From contig CBFHOE010000004.1 in assembly GCA_965657355.1 (NCBI GenBank), positions 38,072 through 102,071 of the forward strand: a stretch of 64,000 nt of DNA, in the 5' to 3' direction. This document shows, piece by piece, positions 59,886 to 64,000 of this stretch. The DNA is from Limisphaerales bacterium. Lineage in GTDB: Bacteria > Verrucomicrobiota > Verrucomicrobiia > Limisphaerales > JAJOIW01. A program made the translations under genes and the position numbers. The notes below the pieces were generated by a model, which saw only the letters and a list, made by a program, of their open reading frames with translations, made no database searches and was not told the DNA's origin. Position 1 is the stretch's first letter, and every line of letters starts with the position of its first letter.

Positions 59886-59906
59886 TGAAATTCAAATTAA
59901 AAAGCA

Positions 59907-60797
59907 TCAAGGTTTGATTATCTGATGGATCCAAGAACGGATTTTTTTTCGTTCAGGAATATCTCTAAGGACCCATGTGTCGGTATGGTTTCTAAATGGA
60001 ATGACACAGAATGTGAAATTTCCATCCGGAAGCTCTTTTTCTAGCCACTCCTTTGTTTTACTTATATCTAATTCATGTGAAATAAATTGAGGTCTTCCTT
60101 TTAGTCTTTGCATTCTTATTCTTGCGTTTGCTTTATCCGCCAAGGGATAACCCCAATCATTTACTCCATCGTAATGACTGTGGCATATAAAGGCCTTCCA
60201 ATAAGAAGCAATTTTATCATTATGAAGTCCTATATAGTTGCACCCAATGGCCCCTCTCGAAAAACCTGAAAGAATGAGCTTGTCTTTATCCCCATTAAAT
60301 TTATTGCAGATCACTTCAATAGTTTCTTCACAATACTGAATTGTAGTCTCAACATCCCCCCACCATTTGATTTGATTACAATGAGGGGCTGCGGAGACAA
60401 AGGGTAGGCAAACCCAAATAAAGTCAACTCCACTTGTAATACCATAACCTAAGTTGCAGTCCTCCACCTTTCCCGTACAAATGTCTTCGTATTTGCTGCG
60501 GTATGGACCGTTTCCGGGATATTCGAATATTATAGGATACTTTTTTTTTCTTTTTGGGTTCCAATTCTTGGGTAAATAGAGGGAATGATAAACATCGTCT
60601 GCCCCGAACTTTTTTATTGTCTGCTTAACTCTTTTCCCGGCCCCTGGTTTTTCTGCAACCATTTGAGGAACATTGATGACTTTATCTATGTCATTAATAT
60701 TCTGACTCTTTACAATTATCGGGAAACACACCGTTAACACGAGAAGAGTAATTAAATTTCTCTTATTGTTTCCATTTTTCCTTATCCTATACCTCAC
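59907..60797 (-). CDS. Secreted alpha/beta-hydrolase-fold protein
   Basis: Signal peptide, YLP..W...KYPIIFEYPGNG, nucleophile elbow GFSRG and a C-terminal RNH. Confidence 0.72.
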   Translation of the reverse strand: MRYRIRKNGNNKRNLITLLVLTVCFPIIVKSQNINDIDKVINVPQMVAEKPGAGKRVKQTIKKFGADDVYHSLYLPKNWNPKRKKKYPIIFEYPGNGPYRSKYEDICTGKVEDCNLGYGITSGVDFIWVCLPFVSAAPHCNQIKWWGDVETTIQYCEETIEVICNKFNGDKDKLILSGFSRGAIGCNYIGLHNDKIASYWKAFICHSHYDGVNDWGYPLADKANARIRMQRLKGRPQFISHELDISKTKEWLEKELPDGNFTFCVIPFRNHTDTWVLRDIPERKKIRSWIHQIIKP

Positions 60798-63562
60798 GGT
60801 TGATCCTTATCTTGAATTTTAAATGTTTGGATTTGGATCGTTACTGGCGAATTTATTTCAATCACAGATAAGGATTTTGAGATTTTTTTTATGGTAGGAT
60901 TTTGACTGCTTTTATGGGCTGTCCAAAATGTAGTTTGGTGAGATTTATTTTCAATATTCGAATTGTGAATGAGACATAAATTATTCATGCCTAATTGGGG
61001 TGTACATTTTAAACTGATCCCATTATTGGTTATACTACCTCGAACTTCTTCAAGTGATGCCCCTGTTAAGACGGATAAATCCAAATCCGGGAATACGCTA
61101 ATGTTATAAAGTTTTGGTAAATTATATAAGTAGGGGATATTGATTTGTAGCGTGCCAGGGTTGATAGCTGGGCCGTCTCTGAATTGGTGGTCCAAATTAA
61201 AATAATCGGGGAGTAGGCCCCCTTTGTTTTTATCTGTAACAGGCCATGTGTGCTGAATTCCCGCTGTGGTAATTCCATCGGCAAGTGTTTTCCATTTCAT
61301 TGTGCGGTCAAATTCATTGAGAAGATAGAGTTGGTGCGCGTAAACAAGGCCGCACCACTGAACCGGTAGACCAATCCAATTTGGGGCAATGTAATGGGTG
61401 GCCCCAAAAACGGGAATCGTAGAATAATTCCCAATCAAATTGGGATCACGGTTTAGGTAGGTGAACGGTAGTCCAGACCAGGCCCAGTTTTTAGATATTT
61501 CCAAGTAATTTTTATCTCCCGTAGCTACATAGGCGGTATTGTTAGCGCGCATCAAATACGCTGATGCGAGAATGTCTGGCGTGTGGAATGGGACTTCCCA
61601 TGGCTGAGCCCCTCTCGGGACTCGTATACCTTCTCGATTAAGTTGTTCCAATTTTTCTAGACCGACTTTTAGAGCATCACTATCCCCTGTGAGTATTGAT
61701 AGTTCTATTACATCGGCTATGTGGTTTGCAGAATGTCCATTGGTTGAATCCAAGTCATGAGTTTCACCCAATCCCATTTGATTTTCTTTCTTTTTGCTTA
61801 CTGGTAGTTGGATCCTGTAATTATCTTTAAATGCTCCCAGTTTGGTTTTTAAGGCGGTCTTTGCCGGTGCGTGAATTTTATCGTATTCCCCAAGAACAAG
61901 AGCTGGCCAAATTCCCCTGATATGTCCGAGGGTGGAGTCATACGAATTTGAAATGCCGGCTTGAGAAATCGTTTTCTCGGATAACTTTATAAGTTCTTCT
62001 CTAATTGCTGGCTTCTTCGATGGAAACTCACCATTTAGTGCCAGCCATAGTTGGAAACAAGCCGTATCTAGTCTCCATGCTGGTTTAAAAGCATCAAGCC
62101 AGAGTGCGTGCCGAAATCCATTATCAGTCCTTCCCTGAGATCTTAACCATCCGTAAGCGGCGTTTTCAACATAGTCTTTAAAAGTTGGCCGCTTCTGGAG
62201 CTTTGGCAGGCCTTGGACTTCTGAATACCTTTCGATAGCCGGAATGATGGAAGCTGCTTCTTCTACGAATACTTTAATATCGATGCTCTTTTTTGTGTTA
62301 GCAGGAATTAAAATGGGCTTGTAAGGAAGAATGTTTTTTGGTGGGCGTGTAAACTCTTGGTTTCTCGGCATTATCATTCCCATGACATGTCCTCCAGTAT
62401 TAAATATTCTATCGGGACTATCAAATAATGGGCCTAGATTTGAATTTTTGGCTTGTTTATCGTCCCAGACAAGTGATGTATAAATCCCATCGCGAGCAAT
62501 AGACATCATTGGCCATGTCATTTGGTTCTCTTTTGGTAGCTTGCGCCAGGATTGGGGCCCAATAAGGTCTTTTTCAGAGCTTGATGATTCTAATGAGAGA
62601 TACTCAACCCCCGGAACCGTTGCCTGGCTCAAATAAGGATCCAAGTATGAAGGGTCTTTAGGTAAAAATATTTTGAAAGCCGGAAAATAGAGTAATTTTT
62701 TATCCATACCAATCTGTATTGATGTAGATACTTTAAAGCCGGGCGCATTTTCTATCGGACTGACAACTCTCAGGATTCGCCAGGTATCGCGATCTGGATC
62801 TATAAATTCTATATAAGATTCAATTTTATTTTGGTTGAGAACTATTCTGTTTCTCTTTTTTAGCAGTCGGCTTGGTTCAAAAGCAGTTGGTTCACCGTTT
62901 TTTCTTTGAATGATGATTCTGAAACCAGGGTGTGTCATGGCCATAATTTTGGACCGAAATTTTATCCTGCAGTTATTCCATGATGTTTTGGATTGTATGA
63001 AAGAAAGATCTCCATTTTTAAGTTCTATGCTATCTTGTTGAATTGGGGGCGGAGGACGGAGAGTGAAATCGGGATCTTCAAGCAATGATCTTTCACTGAA
63101 GGTCAATTTCTTTAGAGTTGTTTTGCCTACACCCGGTGGTGGATCAAACCTAAATCTTGTTTTCTTCCATAATTTCGGGAGCGGGACTTTCAAAGTTGAC
63201 CAATCTTTGTCATAGCAAGGAAAACGGATAGAGTTTTCTTCAGTGGCCCTGTCCTGATAGTAAAACAATTGTGCCGAGCCCGGGTTATCACATTTTAATG
63301 TGATCTCGAGGAAAAGAGGTTTATCTGAGGGAATTTCGTATTCAGGGCTAATGGAATAGGGATCTGGACCAATGGAATAAAATTCGATTCCAGACGGTGT
63401 CAAATCGACCTTTTTTAGGTTATTCGACAAGTGCCAGAGTATTGGTTGATGCCCCTTTTTTGAAAAATCTATGGTCAACACCTCGGAACCAGGAAGAGAA
63501 ACCATGTTAAGCATGATTCCCCCCAACAAAAGGATGGACAAAATAACCTTTGGGCAGCGCAT
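60794..63562 (-). CDS. Large secreted hypothetical protein, possible carbohydrate-active enzyme (beta-sandwich + alpha/alpha barrel)
   Basis: Signal peptide from ATG 63562; N-terminal CBM-like region (FRFDPP); C-terminal AYVATGDKNYLE barrel-type motif and aromatic-rich motifs. Confidence 0.6.
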   Translation of the reverse strand: MRCPKVILSILLLGGIMLNMVSLPGSEVLTIDFSKKGHQPILWHLSNNLKKVDLTPSGIEFYSIGPDPYSISPEYEIPSDKPLFLEITLKCDNPGSAQLFYYQDRATEENSIRFPCYDKDWSTLKVPLPKLWKKTRFRFDPPPGVGKTTLKKLTFSERSLLEDPDFTLRPPPPIQQDSIELKNGDLSFIQSKTSWNNCRIKFRSKIMAMTHPGFRIIIQRKNGEPTAFEPSRLLKKRNRIVLNQNKIESYIEFIDPDRDTWRILRVVSPIENAPGFKVSTSIQIGMDKKLLYFPAFKIFLPKDPSYLDPYLSQATVPGVEYLSLESSSSEKDLIGPQSWRKLPKENQMTWPMMSIARDGIYTSLVWDDKQAKNSNLGPLFDSPDRIFNTGGHVMGMIMPRNQEFTRPPKNILPYKPILIPANTKKSIDIKVFVEEAASIIPAIERYSEVQGLPKLQKRPTFKDYVENAAYGWLRSQGRTDNGFRHALWLDAFKPAWRLDTACFQLWLALNGEFPSKKPAIREELIKLSEKTISQAGISNSYDSTLGHIRGIWPALVLGEYDKIHAPAKTALKTKLGAFKDNYRIQLPVSKKKENQMGLGETHDLDSTNGHSANHIADVIELSILTGDSDALKVGLEKLEQLNREGIRVPRGAQPWEVPFHTPDILASAYLMRANNTAYVATGDKNYLEISKNWAWSGLPFTYLNRDPNLIGNYSTIPVFGATHYIAPNWIGLPVQWCGLVYAHQLYLLNEFDRTMKWKTLADGITTAGIQHTWPVTDKNKGGLLPDYFNLDHQFRDGPAINPGTLQINIPYLYNLPKLYNISVFPDLDLSVLTGASLEEVRGSITNNGISLKCTPQLGMNNLCLIHNSNIENKSHQTTFWTAHKSSQNPTIKKISKSLSVIEINSPVTIQIQTFKIQDKDQP

Positions 63563-63596
63563 GCCTATTGTTTTAGTAAAAATTTCGCTCGATTTG

Positions 63597-63644
63597 AAAA
63601 TAAAAAACGCCAAACCGGAGCCAGGGAATTTACCGGTTTGGCGT
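63597..63644 (-). terminator. Strong intrinsic terminator (minus strand)
   Basis: Perfect 12-bp stem ACGCCAAACCGG/CCGGTTTGGCGT (63607-63618/63633-63644) followed on the minus strand by TTTTTATTTT. Confidence 0.8.
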
Positions 63645-63734
63645 GCCCGTTAGGGCATCAGTATTTGTAAGGTTCGTAAAGGGATACCTGATAATCACAA
63701 ATGTCTTTCAGAGAATTTACAAATTTTTAAATGT

Positions 63735-63998
63735 TTATTTAACCAGAGGCTTGATAAAAAAATTGGCAAATTCGACTCCCTTCAGAGATGGCGGAATAAA
63801 TCCAAAGCATGGGCTATTTGGGTTTTCCGAAACGCCCTCGGTATGCGGGGATTTGAAGGTTTTTTTAAAATTGAGATTGTTGGTTATTGTTATTTCATTA
63901 TTCTCCACTTTAAGGAAGATTCTTATCCATTTATCCATTGGAATATCATTTGTGGATAAGTTGACCAGCCCGCGCCCTTTTCCAATAGATAAGATTGG
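63735..63998 (-). CDS. C-terminal fragment of a gene starting beyond the window (beta-sandwich, possibly DUF1080-like end)
   Basis: Frame is open to the window edge and ends ...KWIRIFLKVENN...GVEFANFFIKPLVK. Confidence 0.55.
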   Translation of the reverse strand, partial: PILSIGKGRGLVNLSTNDIPMDKWIRIFLKVENNEITITNNLNFKKTFKSPHTEGVSENPNSPCFGFIPPSLKGVEFANFFIKPLVK

Positions 63999-64000
63999 TT

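Noticed and set aside
59119..59906. tmRNA, RNase P RNA or self-splicing intron as the identity of the gap
   Set aside because: No GAGGAAAGTCC, no tRNA-like T-arm before the CCACCA at 59314-59319, and no ordered group I or group II core motifs on either strand.
60541..60549. A9 run in the alpha/beta-hydrolase gene as programmed slippage
   Set aside because: It simply encodes RKKK and this family has no precedent for slippage. It does show that A9 runs arise by chance here, a caveat for the dnaX site.
60794..63613. Start at 63613 for the 939-aa ORF
   Set aside because: That non-ATG start lies inside the terminator stem, whereas ATG 63562 gives a clean signal peptide.
1..64000. Many 60-160 aa ORFs in the supplied track overlapping long genes
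   Set aside because: They are antisense or alternate-frame shadows of well-supported genes, with no recognisable motifs.
1..64000. CRISPR arrays, IS elements, integrases, prophage or defence genes, tRNA and rRNA
   Set aside because: No regularly spaced repeats, mobile-element motifs or tRNA/rRNA signatures were seen, and composition looks uniform by eye.

Overview
A 64-kb, gene-dense chromosomal segment of roughly 40% GC (estimated by eye). The host is inferred to be a PVC-superphylum bacterium, most likely Verrucomicrobiota, from four PVC-type beta-propeller redox proteins, DUF5069, an LpxL-GT9 fusion, a permease-DtxR fusion and a sulfatase. Main content, in order: recR-ybaB-dnaX preceded by an SRP RNA with a UGAC tetraloop; mreBCD-mrdA-rodA-rne/rng; a polar amino-acid ABC transporter; an LPS/aminosugar cluster (lpxL-GT9, msbA-like, wbpB/D/E-like, epimerase, DegT); mntR with a Tro/Mnt metal ABC transporter; xth, glutaminyl cyclase and a Gpx; folD; a DUF2723-TPR/GT4/WecA cluster; a SOQ1/NHLRC2-like Trx-NHL protein; ugd/uxs; a HAD phosphatase; an aldo-keto reductase; and uncharacterised secreted enzymes. 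I found no transposase, integrase, prophage gene, CRISPR array, tRNA or rRNA. Best leads: (1) a 788-bp gap between convergent genes (59119-59906) with its own near-consensus promoter and many nested helices, a candidate large unannotated ncRNA; (2) an A9 slippage site in dnaX predicted to give gamma-like subunits; (3) Gln at +1 of many signal-peptide cleavage sites near a glutaminyl cyclase; (4) modular heme/copper swapping among the PVC redox paralogs; (5) three single-site frameshifts (wbpB-like, ugd, HAD) that are either real lesions or assembly errors. All family calls come from motif recognition by eye, not database searches.
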